This document shows, in pieces, positions 50,061 through 63,361 of a stretch of DNA of 64,000 nucleotides (the first letter of the stretch is position 1; each line of letters starts with the position of its first letter). The notes beneath the pieces are model-generated. The model ran no database searches. It was not told the origin of the DNA and saw nothing but the letters and a program-made list of their open reading frames with translations. Source of the DNA: Raillietiella orientalis (taxonomy: Eukaryota); assembly GCA_036172245.1 (NCBI GenBank), contig JAYWIR010000021.1:2418001-2482000 (forward strand). The letters are read 5' to 3'. The translations under genes and the position numbers were made by a program.

Positions 50061-51299
50061 TGAAGCTCATCCAGAAAAATGGATCGATCGATTGGAACTC
50101 TGTAAATAATCATGGGATTAAATTCCCGCTTCAATCCTGGTACATAAGATAGACATGTTTCAAGGGGGAAGATAGAAATAAAAAAAGAATCCCGGGAAGG
50201 GAGAAAAAGGGGGGGGGGACCCAGAAGAACGGAAAATGCATCTGAAGAAATTTTCTGATAAGACACAAAAGTGATGTCCGGTCTCCGGGATGGGGGAAGA
50301 GGATCCGAACTGTCTCTTTTTACCGGAGCATTCGATTATGATGCAACCGCGAAGCGCAGAGACGATGCCAAGGATCGGCTCAGGATCTTTTGAACATGGC
50401 TTCTTCGTGGAGCTCCTTGGTCCCCCTGCTGTGGAGGATAGAAGGTGTTTGTATGCGCGAGGAGCGTGGCGGCATTCGCACCGCCATAGAAACGGCTAAT
50501 GGAATAATTCAGAGGCACCGCACTTTCGGCACCCATGTGGGTAGCCCACCGCCTTGCGCTCATGGGGGTGATTCCGCCATCGCATCCGTTGCTCCAGGGA
50601 GGAGATGGATCCTTGCGAAAGTTCCGACTGCCCCGATTGTCGGATTGGCGGAAGGAGTTGCAGGGGGCCTGTGAAAGAAGGATCACATTGGAACGCGTCG
50701 AGAGTCCTTCTTCGGTCTTGGAGATCCTCACAGAGAGCTTTTCAGCACTCAGCCAGCGCGCATATCAGGATTGTCTGTCCGGAGACTCGAAATAAACAAA
50801 AAAAGCAAAAAACAGGGAGGAAAGCTCCTTGCTGACAATAAGCAGTCTGATGAGATCTCAAGAGCGTTCCCTGCTCATCTACTCGAACTTGATGTGGTTA
50901 AGGATTCCGAGACATGGATCAGATAGCTGAAATGCACGAGGAGTGCAGCCTCTGAAAAATTATTAGCCAAAGGGGAGAGTGCTGGGAAGAGAAGGAGAGG
51001 CTAGAAGAAGACGCTGCCGTTGTTGATGTTGAGGTCAGGCAGTCCGAATAGGTGGGTGGCTGACTGAGAACAAATGTTGTTGCACATAAGACTGCCATCA
51101 ACCATTCTCCAGAAGTAACGGGGATCAAGGTCAAAGCTGAGGAGGAGATCGATTTTTATCCCCGAGGTAAAAGCCTTGCTTTTTTACCGTCCTCCTCTAC
51201 CTTCTAGCGCTTGTGGTATCCTACGATAACGTTACAGGGTGTGTTCAGGAACCGTTCGATTGGCCACATGGATGGGAGTGAAGGAAAAGACCAGCCAAA

Positions 51300-52240
51300 C
51301 TGTTTCGCTCCGAGATTTTGCTCTTTTCTCGGTGGTCACTTGAGACGATCTTTGTATGAAACATGGTAACACGAAGTGGCCGAGTCGACAAGATGGAGCT
51401 CATGGTTCCCAGTTCTCCGTTGGGAAGGTCAGGTGGTAAATAAATCCTGGTTGTTGTCTTCCAATTCATAGGACGGTGGTCCACAAACAGGCTGGACTTG
51501 ATCAATGGTCGTGACGGACAGGCTAGGCTGCAAATGTTCAAGGTCGAAAATCGATTCTAAAAAGCGAAGACAGAAGACTTCCGTAGTGGATTCCAGCACA
51601 AGCTGGAAACTTTCCTTTGGCCAGAACTGGCCATCCTCGTGATTCTGTTGCTTGCAGTGCCAGAGGTAACTGAGAAAAAACTCCAGGATTAGGCAGTTCC
51701 TTCAGGTTTCGACTTCCATTCTGAGAGGAGTCCTTTGGAGCCAATGCCATGGAAGAGACTTTGGGTCGAACGATGGGTCAGTCAAGCAGCAGCTTGAGGC
51801 AACAACAAAGGAAGGATATTTTTTAGAGTTCAGCTTCCCTGAACCGCTTGTTCCCACTGCTCAAAGTCATTCTCTGGCGAAATACCTGAATGAGGCGAGC
51901 AACCCTTGAGATAGCACATCAGTGAGGAAGCGTGGAGTCTGGTTTCAAAGAGAGGCTCTCTGTCCGCTTGCCTTGACGCTTGTCCATGGTCTGAGGGACT
52001 CCTCCCGACGCCCCGTAATCTGTAAGTGGAGATAGAGGGGTAGGCCAACACGAACGCGCACCCCGTGGCTGCCGAGACTTCGCTCTCGGGAGGAAGGAAT
52101 CCCTCTTTCTGTTGGAGGTGACCTCCTGGTCGAGCAGTTAGGGTTTTGGTGTGGCACGACGGAACTCCGTAACTGCAAGAGGTCTTGGCGTTGTGGAGAG
52201 CTTTCCTGCATCTCGCTGAGTTGCAGCCACTCCACTGTAC
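51300..52240 (-). mobile_element. Decayed Jockey/I-like LINE 5' relic (ORF1 knuckle plus AP endonuclease)
   Basis: RCRKALHNAKTSC..GGH knuckle-like, SRGWPVLAK (RGGGVA.L.K) and IVSSDHR (SDH). Confidence 0.3.
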
Positions 52241-52949
52241 TCAGGTCTCGTCCAGATCACTCAAATCCACTGACAACGACTCGCCCTGAGGATGCTACGA
52301 GAAGATGCCATCAGTGTTCCGATGGATCATCGGAGAGCAGCAAACACCAGTGTCACTTCTGGACCATCATTACAAACGTGTGAGATAACAGCGTCGGTAC
52401 ACGAAGCATCCCACAGCAAAAAGGGCTCTGGTGGTGCCCATCTCGATAAGTCGATTGGCTACGAGCGGACCCGGGATTCCTTGCGTCTCCAGAAGGCGGA
52501 CAGAGGGATCGCGGAAAGAGGCAGCCCATCCATCGTCTCCGTAAGGAAGACCACTCAACTCTCCGAAAGAGATTTATGAACTCCATCGTGATCTCTTCCG
52601 CCGCAGGCGATATCCGCTTCTCTCCGTGGGGCTAACGTGGGAAGCCTTTCTTTCGGTGAAATGGAAGTTTTCGCTCTGCGGAAGAGGAACAGTGGGAATA
52701 TGGAAAGACAGCAGCTCATCTTTTTTGTCTGTCTGTTTTTCACATTTCATAGGATCCATCGATCTACCACGCATGAAGCTGGGAAGGACGCAGGGATACT
52801 ATTTACTGGTATTTTCGTTCCTGGTTGTTTTCCTTGGTTTTCATTGGTCCGAAGGTCTCTTTCCAGGTAAGGTGTGGCCGGAAGCATTCGAGACATCTTT
52901 ACTGACCTCTTCATCGTCTGCTGCTGCGTCACCTGATCTGGTAGACTCC

Positions 52950-54640
52950 CAACATTTCCTTCCCACCGAAAGAAGTGCGCAACGTTCTGTGAGGAAGTCG
53001 CGCTCCGAATGGAGGGGTTCTGCGAGCCTCTGCGTAGTCTTGGAGAACGAGGAGCTCGTGAGGGAAGAGGAGGCGGTGCGACCTCGGATGGAGGGGAAAA
53101 GGGAGCATAGTTTCGACTGAATTCCACTAGAGTGCAGGAGCATGAAGCTGGCCTCCGGGAGTGCATGGAGACACTCCGCTCACCTTGTTTTCTTCGCGGG
53201 GGACGTTCAGGGACGGCACCCAAAAGGGTGGCAGAAGCAGCCTCACACGGTAATTCCAGGGCGATATTGCCAGGTCCAGCGCCACTTCAGAGTTCTTCTC
53301 TTTCTCTACAGCTTCGAGGGAGTATTAGAAACCTACGTTCAGAAAGAAAGACGCGTGCACCCTAAAGCTAAAAATCTCAAGAAACTCTCCCTATTACTGG
53401 AGTTTCGTCACCTGTCAATGAAGACCTAGAAAAATACCCCTCTCTGGGGTCAAGCGGGTACGGGGAATCACAAGAGAAAAGGGCAATCGACGTCGGCGAG
53501 AAACAAAGCTCCATCTACAAGAGAATGCCGTACACAGAAAGTACTTCCAGTGCCTTTGTGATTTTCTTTGACTTCTGGAAGAGCTAGATGGAACCCGAAT
53601 TTTCATCCTCTTGCCCACAGAAGCTGCGAGCTAAGAGCGGGTTTCTCTGGATTCCCTCCGGTAGGACCATTGGCAGACATTGGTCCGCTCCCCCTTATTC
53701 CTTCGTATGGAAGCATCCCGGAGAGAACCGAGAAACGATCGAAGGGAGAGCGCTTCATCTGCAGACGGGAAAGATGCTGCCATTCCATTTCTCCATTCTA
53801 TCACAGCTGAACTTTCTTCCTCTTCAAGGATAAAGCTATGTGAGCAAAGGATAGGTGCCAATTCCTCTTTCCCCCATTTTCAGCTGGGAGCACGGCAACC
53901 GCAGTTGGTGGGAAGGCAGGGAACGAGGGACAAAGTGGTAGGTCCTGGAGCATCTTCTGAGAGAGTCACACTGCGGAAACCCAAGCATACGAGAGCCCTC
54001 TGCGAGTGAGTTCCCACAACTGCCTCCGCACCTCCGGTTTCGTGTCTCCTCGAAAGGACTACCTTAAAGAATTCCGAGATGTCTTGTTGATGTGAAACCG
54101 AAAGGGTGAATTGCCCGATTTTGTGACGACCGCGCCTCCGTAGTGAATGAAGGCGGGATGAGATTTGCGTCTGGAGCAGCTACTGACTCAGCGTCCCTTG
54201 AGAGGTGAGGATGAATTTGCTCGACAAAGTCCTCCCAATCCATCGTGACCCATCTCGTGTCGAACGCACAATCTCCGGATGGTGCTACCACTGAATGAAA
54301 TCAACTTTCTTTAGAACCATGGTCCTCTCCTACATAGTGATCTGCAGAAGGAAACCATCTCTGCAGGCAGGCTGCTTCGGTGGCAAAATGGAAGTCCCAC
54401 TTGCGCAAGCATTGCTTTTGGAAGAGGACACAAGAAACAGCTTTGGTGGAGCTGGAGAAGCAACTGGACAGTCTGGCGTGTCAGTCACGTCGGCATGAAA
54501 CAGGCACGCAGAGTAAAGCCGAGCTGAAGATTCTAGAGATATCTTTGGTTCTGGAAAGGCAGAAGATCACTGGGATTATCGAACGTAAGAACAGTGATCT
54601 GTGCGATGCTGTTGTTGGTGGAGCACCTAAAAGATGACGG
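52950..54640 (-). mobile_element. Decayed I/Jockey-like LINE ORF2 relic (endonuclease plus RT)
   Basis: SADHY (SDH), RWVTMDWEDF (W..ADW..F), DAPGPT, EWRNG, VALDLA (FLDL.KAF) and TPGGQLHAPAL*WN (PQGS.LSP.LWN) in order. Confidence 0.45.
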
Positions 54641-56666
54641 ATAACTGTGATCCAACCGATCCACATAGGAAATCGGTTCCGATCAATTGGTTCTTCTTAT
54701 GAGTGAAGTCATATTTCATGGATACGAAAGTTTTCTTCAATAGAAAAAGAACGACGTGTCTTTCAATGTCTGTGGGAGCAACCAAGAATTTCTACGGCAT
54801 GCAACACCTCAGCTAGTACACCTGCCGACCCTGGTCGGCTAGTGGATTTTTCTTGGTCTGTTGAACTGAAATGAAATTCCAGGATGAATTTATGCTCATA
54901 ATGATTTCTCATTGGATGTTTATCATCTTCATCTTCGCATCCTAATTTGAAAGCTCTCAGAAACTCTCGTCGCCGCCCCTGGTCGGCTCGATTGCTGCCC
55001 TTTGCCTGCCTCCCGAGCAGCGGCGACATCCAGCGCCATCAAGGACGTGTCGAGCCAGACGGACGCGCTCCCTCCTCGGCGACCGCAGAGACTCCCGTCG
55101 CAGGCCGTCTCTTGGTCCTCGGAAGCGATGGGTCGCTTGCCCCGGAGTGCCGCCCACACCGGCGCGGCCCGCGACTTCTGGAGGACCCTCGGCCGCAAGG
55201 CTGCCGAGCTGACCGATGAGAAGGGCGCAACCTGCCGCTGCCGCCCATGTGAGAGTTCCTACTGCCGCTGTTGACGGCCAAGGCTGTTATCTGGACCATG
55301 CGGCAGGTGTGCCGCTTCCTAATGCTCTTCTGGGATGACGACCGCCTTAGGACGACCCTCTGAGACACTCCCGTTCTCCCTCTCCCCGCAACGGCCCGCC
55401 CCGCGCGCGCTCCTCGTCGCTGCCGTGCCCCGATTTCCACCAGAAGCCGCCACCGCCGCTGTCCATCAAAGCGAAGGGGTGATTTCCGATCGTCTTTCAT
55501 GGCCCGTCGACAGGACCCCCCAGCAGCGCACCAGTTCCGGATAACAGCAAAACATGTCTTAGGGAAGGACAATTGTCAAAGGGAAACAGCTCCTGCTTAA
55601 CCAAGCAAAGGGACAGGATGAGAGCGTGCAAAAAAGAACACAGTCTGTGGGAATCAGCCGGGCACAGAGAGAGTGGCGACTGAGTTAACACCCAGATCTC
55701 GCCTGCTGCACGGAGTTCGGCTTGGTTTTGCTTTCCCGGTTATTTGATCGGATGGCTTATGGTACGTCTGTTCCCACGAGAGAGACTTCACCGTGGGTAT
55801 TTCTGAGCTGAGCCGAAGACTCCTTGCAACTGTGTTTGCTTAATTCCGAACGCGTTAAAAGTGATTGGGGTTCATCTTGAAGATGTGAAGATGGCGTCGT
55901 TCCTCCTAAGAGTTAATGTTGTGTGTGAAAAATCGTCTTGACGGATGGGACCAACTTGGAAGCTGAGAAGCGAGAACTCAGCAAGTCAGCCTGATCTGCC
56001 GAAGCTGCAACTGGAGGCTGGACATCTCTCAGATTATAAGCAAAGAGCAACACCTTCAAACGATCTATGGCAGTCCTTCTTAATACACTCAACTGCTCCC
56101 TTTGAAATTTGTTTCATCAAATGCTTTCTGGCTCTGCAGTCGAAGAAATTTGTTGTTCCGTAAGTAAGTATGGAACCGTACTTCATTCGTTGAGTGAGAG
56201 GATAGCTAAGACCGGATGCCAACCGAAGGATGCTGATGCCTTACTAGCGCTGATTCCATGCAGTGGCAGATCTTCCAGTCCATCGTGCAGGCTGGAAAAT
56301 TACTCTGCACATGCGAAAGATTCCCTTCTCTTGAGGAGAGCAGACATCTGTCGGCATATGCGGGAACTGGGTGTTTTGCCATGGCTACTCAGCTAGAAAG
56401 GAGTGAGGTTCGTTTTGGGTACCCCTGCAAGACATTCCGCGTGTCCCTAATGACGACATAGAAGAGTTTAACGATGCAACAAAGTCAGCCGGAATCCACG
56501 AAGTCGTTTGCTCCGTTTTTAACAGCTCGTTGAGCCTTTTCTTTAAAAATGAAAGCCTCCTTTGTGGTCGAATGCGAATAGCTGGACAAAGAAGGCAACG
56601 TGAAAGCGAAATGCTGTACGATGGTCCATCGTAAAGAGATGTACGTCCGAACTGATATCCCAGACA

Positions 56667-56709
56667 ACTGCAAGGTGCGGTTCCTACCAAGGAAACCGCA
56701 CCTTGCAGT
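56667..56709. repeat. Perfect 16-bp inverted repeat with 11-nt spacer
   Basis: ACTGCAAGGTGCGGTT cctaccaagga AACCGCACCTTGCAGT. Confidence 0.9.
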
Positions 56710-58109
56710 CCGTCTTTTGGAAGACATCGGGGAATCAGAATGGACGGTTCGGAGGGCGGAACCATAGAAGACAAGATCTGCTCCATGCGTTGACGAAACG
56801 GAAGCAGAATCGAGCACGAAATCGCAGAAACCTCTGTGACTGCTTTCCGGGGATCGGTTGCGTAGAATTCTAATGTTAGGGAGCTCCTCTGCTACGAATG
56901 TAGCCGATTTCCTAGTAGCAGTGAGATCAAACATCAGACGAAATATTCACGAACAGCCACACGAGCATCAAAGTCTTTGAGAAGAAAACGGGCATCTGGA
57001 TGCAGTCCTCTTAGAACAGATGCAACCCATGCCTTGCGGTTACAAAAGCGCAGTGCTTGAAGCATCCACTAAGAACAATGCGGACAGCTGCTGAAAAGAG
57101 AAACGTTCGCTGCCTTTTCCAATGAAGAGCGGTACATTCGAACTACCTCTCTGCTGTCTCCTAACATAACCCCCTCACGCATCTCAAAAACCAGTAGTTA
57201 TGGCTGTTGATTCATAAATAGCGCTTATGTTACACGAGCTTTCCCTGTCCTCTGCCTGATTGCAGCGTTTCTATTGATCCGCGGTTGGATCATTGATGAG
57301 ACGCAGCATACGATGACGCAGACTGGCCCGAAGACAGTGCGTGCGCAGAGAGTTTTGGCTCCTCTAAAGCTTTGGTAGTGAAATCTGGAAACGTATTTTT
57401 CTGGATGGAGGATGAAATTCAAATTTCCTTGCCTGCTTTCTGTACTCCGTTGTCAGTAGGCAGATATTTGCTCAAGCCTCCCTCATTCAAATGTGTTGAG
57501 CGTTTCCTGTCTCTTTGCATGCCCCTAGGACACCATTAAACGTAAATTTTCTGGACACGTTCGCAGCGGAAAAAATCCGTAGCAGACGATGGTAAGAAAC
57601 GAAGGAACAGCACTGCTGTGAAGAGGGGTGCCAGGAATGTCCGTGATGACCACACTATGAGCAGAGGTCGTTCCGGTGAAGCAAGCGGCGAGCTTCCAAA
57701 GGAAACTACTGGAAACCTCGTAATAGGCTCACATGCATCGAAGACCATGGAAGACTAACACAGGATTTCATCGACCCTAATCTCAGGTCTAGAGATGGTG
57801 GAGGTGATCAACAGGCAATCGTTGCCTGCAGCATCTGCCTCGCGGTTTCTTGCAGGAGAAAATTAAAGTGGAGGCCACTTCGTGCAGCTTACTCTGAAGT
57901 GCATACGTTGCAGAGATCCGGAAGCGTTTTCAGTCTTGGAGAAGGTTCCCTCCTTATTGTGCTGATTTACAATTAGATAACATCTTACATGGGGGGCTCT
58001 TGATAATACTCCGAAATTCCTCGTCTGTTCATGTGGGGCACTCGTCGCCCCTCAGCTTCCTGTTCTTCGCCTCGCGAGAGCTGACCACCGGGGTTCTCCT
58101 GTGGCGTCC

Positions 58110-59650
58110 TTTTATTGGTCCTTCGTGTGACGTGGGCTGCATAGATGTCGCTGGAGTACCGGATGCACGAAGCCACCATCCGGTGCCACATCGTCGTTAA
58201 GTACTTTTTGGAATTCCAAGGACTTGTGGTACTTCCTCGTTTCCTGGCTCCCCGGCTCCCAGAGAGCCGACTATGAAAGCATGCACCCCTCATTGCTCCC
58301 CCTCTCTGCCTAGTTGGGAGGGCTACTTGTATTTTTCCTATTTGCTCCTCCTAGCTGCGCTGAACGCCTCCCCTCTACCCTCGTACGGGAAGCAGATGTC
58401 CAGCACTATGAACCTCTTTTCATCACAAAGTCCGGTCTTAAGAGGAAGTTCGTTCCTGGAGCTCTCTGGTTAGTGGACGCGAAAATCCACTTTGCTTCAT
58501 CCACTGCGGCCTTGATGATCATCGTTTGAATCGCGTCGTGAGGTGGCAGTCCGTCTCCTACGTACTGGCAGGGTCTTATGGTACCGAAATCTGATATGCA
58601 GCCTACCATATTCGGGAGTCCATGACAGGTAACAGGACGCAAGGTACGAGCATCATCCGAATGAGGCAGTTCTTAGGAAGGGACGTGGCCTGCTGGATAT
58701 GAAAACCATTTTCCAGAACGCTTTCCAGGATGCAGGTTTCCGGAACTCGGCCTGCGCACTGTGACCCTTTGAAATGGAAGAGTTCGCCGAGATCACAAGG
58801 CCTCCACTAATAGGATGGAAACTTCAATGCCGTGAAATCCGAGACACTTAGCCTTGCTGAAGCGTAGGCTCGCTCTGAAGATGAGATGCCCGCTAATGGC
58901 TGCTACGAGATCTGCATGAGAGTGGAAGTGCCAGAACCTGATGAAAGTTCGCAAGGGAACCAGCAAGTTGCTCGAGAGCACAAACAGAGGAATGGGATAA
59001 AAGTGTGTGCCTGAAAGTATGCCCTACAGGGCACGTGACTCGACGAACCCCTACGTTCAAGTGGTGAGAGGATTTCGTTCTGACAAGCTGCAAAGGATTT
59101 CTCTCTGAGAATCAGCTCGAGGTGCTCAGATCTCAGTTGCTCTCTTCCTGCCAGCTTTGGAAAATCTCCATCCACCGACCTCGTTCGAGGTGGTTCGTTC
59201 CAGCCCTTCAGGATGAAACTCCATGAGAACTCAATGCCTCTGCTTTCCGATTGCTTTGGTTAGAGTCTTCGGAAGTCTCGCAGTCCATCGATGGCATCCA
59301 GGGATCCTCTTTTCCTGTTGTTCCACTGCAAGTGCACATCTGTTTTGCCGAAGATGGACGGACCGAAAAAACAAACCGAAACAAACACACCAGCTGTTCC
59401 GTTTATTCCAAAACCTCTTCTTTCGGTTATCTTTGGTTGATGTCCTCCTCACTTCAACCTGGAGTATGTTGACTCTCAGCAAAGAAGTAATGGCTCCTGG
59501 GAATTCAGGTGCCAGTTCGGACAACCACTACCATCCCGGAGATTGGCTCCGGGATGGTAGTCGCGACGCTTCTTGGTGGCGTGGGTGCCTTGGGAGAAGG
59601 CCACCCGATCCACTTGAGCTGTGTTCCCGAGTCCACCTCTCCGTCTTGTA
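58110..59650 (-). mobile_element. Decayed NeSL/Utopia-like non-LTR retrotransposon (RT plus restriction-like endonuclease)
   Basis: Ordered motifs: NTAQVDR (NTAPGPDR), LNVGVRR.CP (GV+QGCP), HADLVA (YADDLV), LRFSKAKC, PHDAIQTMIIKAA (RHNAI..RI.KA), NQRAPG..LRPDFVM, VLDICFPYE..EAFSAARRSK.EKY, HAFIVGSLGA.EPGNEEV..VLGIPK, YLTTMWHRMVASCIRYSSDIYAAHVT (NeSL/Utopia C-terminus). Many frameshifts and stops. Confidence 0.75.
59527..59561. repeat. Perfect 15-bp inverted repeat with 5-nt loop
   Basis: ACTACCATCCCGGAG attgg CTCCGGGATGGTAGT. Confidence 0.9.
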
Positions 59651-60169
59651 ACCAGTCGTTTGCATCCCAAGCAATCATTATGAATACAAACGATCTTCTG
59701 CCTTAATTGCAACGGATGCAACAAGCCGGGTTAATTGCGCTTCCACACCGTTTGGCACACACCCTCAGACAGCTGCCAAAATCTGCGCATGTGGCGTTTT
59801 TCTTAAGCACGTCGTTAAGGAGTCTGCAGCTCTCTCAAACTGCCTCGCACCCCACGCAAGAGGTTCCTTCCTTTCTAATAATCCATAACCCCCCATCTCC
59901 CCTCCTCCTTTCCCCTAACTTTGTTGTTCTTCGTAATGACTCGAGCTCCTCCCGAAGCGGAGGCTTTGCGTCAGGAATTTGTGAATTTCAACAAGCACCG
60001 ATGGCTTTTCTGGTTCGGATAACATCGGAATCATTAGGGAAAACGGCACCGGAAGACTCTTTTCGGCGCGAAAACTTTCCCGCGACGCACGGTGAAGTAG
60101 GGAAGTTTTCTCGACTCTGCATAATCCTCGCCTGCGAACAGGAACGGGGAACGAACGTGCATTCCGAGA

Positions 60170-60400
60170 CTCATTCACACGTACACGACATCCCGTATAC
60201 GAGTGTACACACAGGAGCACCCGCATGCACATACGTATATATGTGGAATTTGAAATACATGCACGTTTACATATATGTGTGTGTGTGTGTGTGTGTGTGT
60301 AAGATACTCGGGTGTTTGTGGGTACGTGTATATACGTCTGCGTCTACATGTGTATACGTGCGTACGCGCCTGCATGCATTCCAGTGTACACTGACGCGTG
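60170..60400. repeat. Alternating purine-pyrimidine low-complexity region including (TG)12 at about 60276-60300
   Basis: Read directly. Confidence 0.85.
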
Positions 60401-61989
60401 AAAACGATCCCATCACATCAAGACGTAATGAACACGCTACGGATATCTGTACAATTGATGTCGAATGCGTGCTTCCTTGACAGCTGCGCTACCACTGGCT
60501 GTGCTCCTGGACTCTCAATCATGTGCTTATCCCGACGATTTTGTCGTTCGGCACGCGGGAGGCGTCAGGAACCCGGTCACCATTTGCGCGCCCGTGCGCT
60601 TTGGAATGACGATTCTGGAAGCTTCCTCTTCCTCACGTATTTGTCACTTGCGCTAAGTTGATTCGATTTAAGGATCTGAGGACATCCAGAATAAACAAGG
60701 GTTAGAAACAAGGAAGGAGCAACTTATTGACATGAGTTGATTTATTTTCTCAGCGAATCTTCCTTTCGAGTAGGAGGTGCGTTCGGCTAAGTCCGGAGAG
60801 CATCGTTTCGGAGACTGCGAAGAATCCGAAATGCGATTTCGCTCTTTGTCCTCTCGCGCCAGGACAGGAACAGACGCGCGTAAAGGCAGGGAGTTATCCG
60901 AGGAGGCGCTTTGAGGTTTTAATGAGTTTCTGCCGGACGTCCAGGATTTGCATTTGTTGGATTTCTCCACCTTTTTTTTTTGGGGGGGGGGGATTGATGA
61001 CGAACCAGTCGATTCCTTCCCATTGACAAACCTTCCTCTTCGAGATGCAATCTATCTGGAATCTTCATTGCGAGCCAATCGGTTCCTCGGAGCCATATTT
61101 CGCAGCGAAACTGAAAGGCAAACCACCACGGCTTCATTCTTCACTGATGGTCCTCATGCTTTGAGCATCTCTGGCCTCACCTTGCTCGGCTTGGTGTCTC
61201 TGCACGTTCGCTGTCCTCCTGTCGAAGATAAGAAACAAGCGGCCAGGATTTCATCGCAACTGCGATGAACCACCACGACCCAGAATTTCCACACGCGCAG
61301 GTGAGCCTGTCACTGAATGCACTCGCCCTATCGAGCAGTTCTGGGTTCCCAGGTAACGAAACTTATGCTGACCTTTTGCTACGTCATCACAAAAGATGCC
61401 CAAGAACTGCAGAGAGGGATTGTTGATATTGAATAGAATCTTGGGGAAGGAAATGGGACTAGCGACTAGATGGATTTCCAAAATGCTTGCGCAAGGCTTC
61501 TCTCGTTGCTGCGGCGCCGCGGTCGCAGGATGTAGGGGTTCGCCTTTCTCCCGAGGCGACTGCCCTCATCGCTGGGAACCCGGCTTTGGATCTTCCGCCG
61601 ACTTCGAACTGGAATGCCCGGCGGCTGTCCTAGGTGACCACTTTGGAAGTGCGTCCGAAGGAACTTCGTCCGCTGTGAAATCTACAACGCAAAGCTGCTA
61701 GGAGAAATCCCTCAGGAACTCGACGCAGTATCCCCGGATAGCTGCCTCGCCTGTCCTGCAGCACTGCGGGACTGGCGAGGGCAAACAATGACGGTCTTCA
61801 GCATTGCAAGAGTCGAGAAACTACTGGACAGCCTCGACAAGCAAGCTGGTGAACGCTATGCAAAGGGACTACTTCAGTGGAGTCACCTGCTCCGTATGCC
61901 CCCCGAAGAACTCGCGGTCTTTCCCCTGTTTCCAGACATCTCCGTGTTCCTTCCGCTCTGTTGGATGTCCTGCTGTTCCTGCACCGGGG

Positions 61990-63345
61990 ATTCCAGTGCA
62001 ATCAGCTCAGGCACCTAGTTTCCGGGGGAGTTGCCTCCCAGACTGTTCAAGGTGCGGCAGCGATGGAATCGTTCCCGCACCCTCACGGTCATTTGGCGGA
62101 GACTCGCTTCGGCGCTCCGCCACCCGGAGGATCTCCCCCCCCCGCTTCGGACTTGCTGCGGCGGCGTTTCTTCACTGAAGGTTGAAGACGGGCGACGTGA
62201 TCGCAACGATGTGTTGTAGCCGTGTTATCGTCACAGCCCGCCGTGCGCTGGAGTCTCGGGAGCAACGAAGAGAGACCATTCGCAAGGCAGCCGCCTTCAT
62301 GAGGATGGCTACGAAGTGTGGGCCTCACCCGCAAGAGGAATTCTCCATGGCGATCGCTAGCATACAGCACCAGCTGTGGAAAGAAAGGAGTGACTGAACT
62401 AGAGATCTTCAATCCCTACGTTCCGTGTTTATTTAATTATTGTATTGCCCCCTCCCTCTTGCTCGTTACTCATATAAGCCGGTCTGAGAGCTAGTGGTCA
62501 TTCCCAGTGACCTTTTTTTGCTGTTGTTGTTTTATTTCTGTAATTAGGTGACATCGTCCCCTCTGACTTGTAATTCATTTCTTTTTTCACATAAACGTTC
62601 CGGCGTGACCAGGTAAAACCGATGAGCACCTGCTCCTATCTCCTCGAGCAGAGTGGAAAGGAAAAGTGTCATCCGCGCTTTCCGACCATTCAGTTTGGGG
62701 TTTGAACCGCCCCTGTCCGGTAAGAGACCCCTGAACAACACTTGAAGGATGCCGGTAGACTGGCTTAGCCATCCGGAAGTAGCAAAGCATCTCTCCCAGC
62801 TCTTCCGTGCCTTCAGTATACAAGAGCTCGAGGACTGGGACGAACTCAAGTGCTCAGTCCACGACTTCTGCTGCCCATTCTCCTTGCACTTGTTTCCTCG
62901 CGGTTTCAGAAAGGGCGTCCGCGACAGCAGAGCCTTTCTGCACGGTCTCATCTCGTTCCGTCCGTGAAGACGTCCGGCGTCTCTCGGAACACAAGGCCAG
63001 ATCTGGTAGTCTGGAGCAGCGGCTTCTCTTCTCGACGAAATAGGGATGTCCGACCCCAGCTGGGGTGCGACGTGCAGCAAAGTTCTGCCACTTCCCGCTC
63101 TGCAAGGAGGTCCGCCTCGAGAGCAGACTCTCGCAGCCATCCGTTGCCAGAAAATACTCCTGCAATGGGCGATGGGCAGCACACACACCTCGACGAGCCC
63201 TTGGCGACGGAGAGAGCTCTTTCTTCCATCGCGGGGCCAAAGAGACTGAAGGCACCAGGAGAGGACAGCGTGCCAGCGGAGCTCTTCCGATGCTTCGTGG
63301 TCAAGCTCCTGGTTCCCAGCCCCTCTGCGACGATGAGTTATCACA
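61990..63345 (+). mobile_element. Decayed L1/Tx1-like LINE, 5' part (ORF1 knuckle, endonuclease end, linker, RT domain 0)
   Basis: CSRCGSDG knuckle (about 62044), SALSDHS (about 62680), EDWDELKCSVHDFC (about 62835) and LDEPLATERALSSI...KAPGEDSVPAELFRCF (about 63190-63295). Confidence 0.6.
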
Positions 63346-63361
63346 CCAGCGTGCCGGCGAT

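Noticed and set aside
56667..56730. Hairpin as a Helitron 3' end or intrinsic terminator
   Set aside because: No CTRR terminus at the expected distance on either strand, and the eukaryotic context makes a rho-independent terminator irrelevant.
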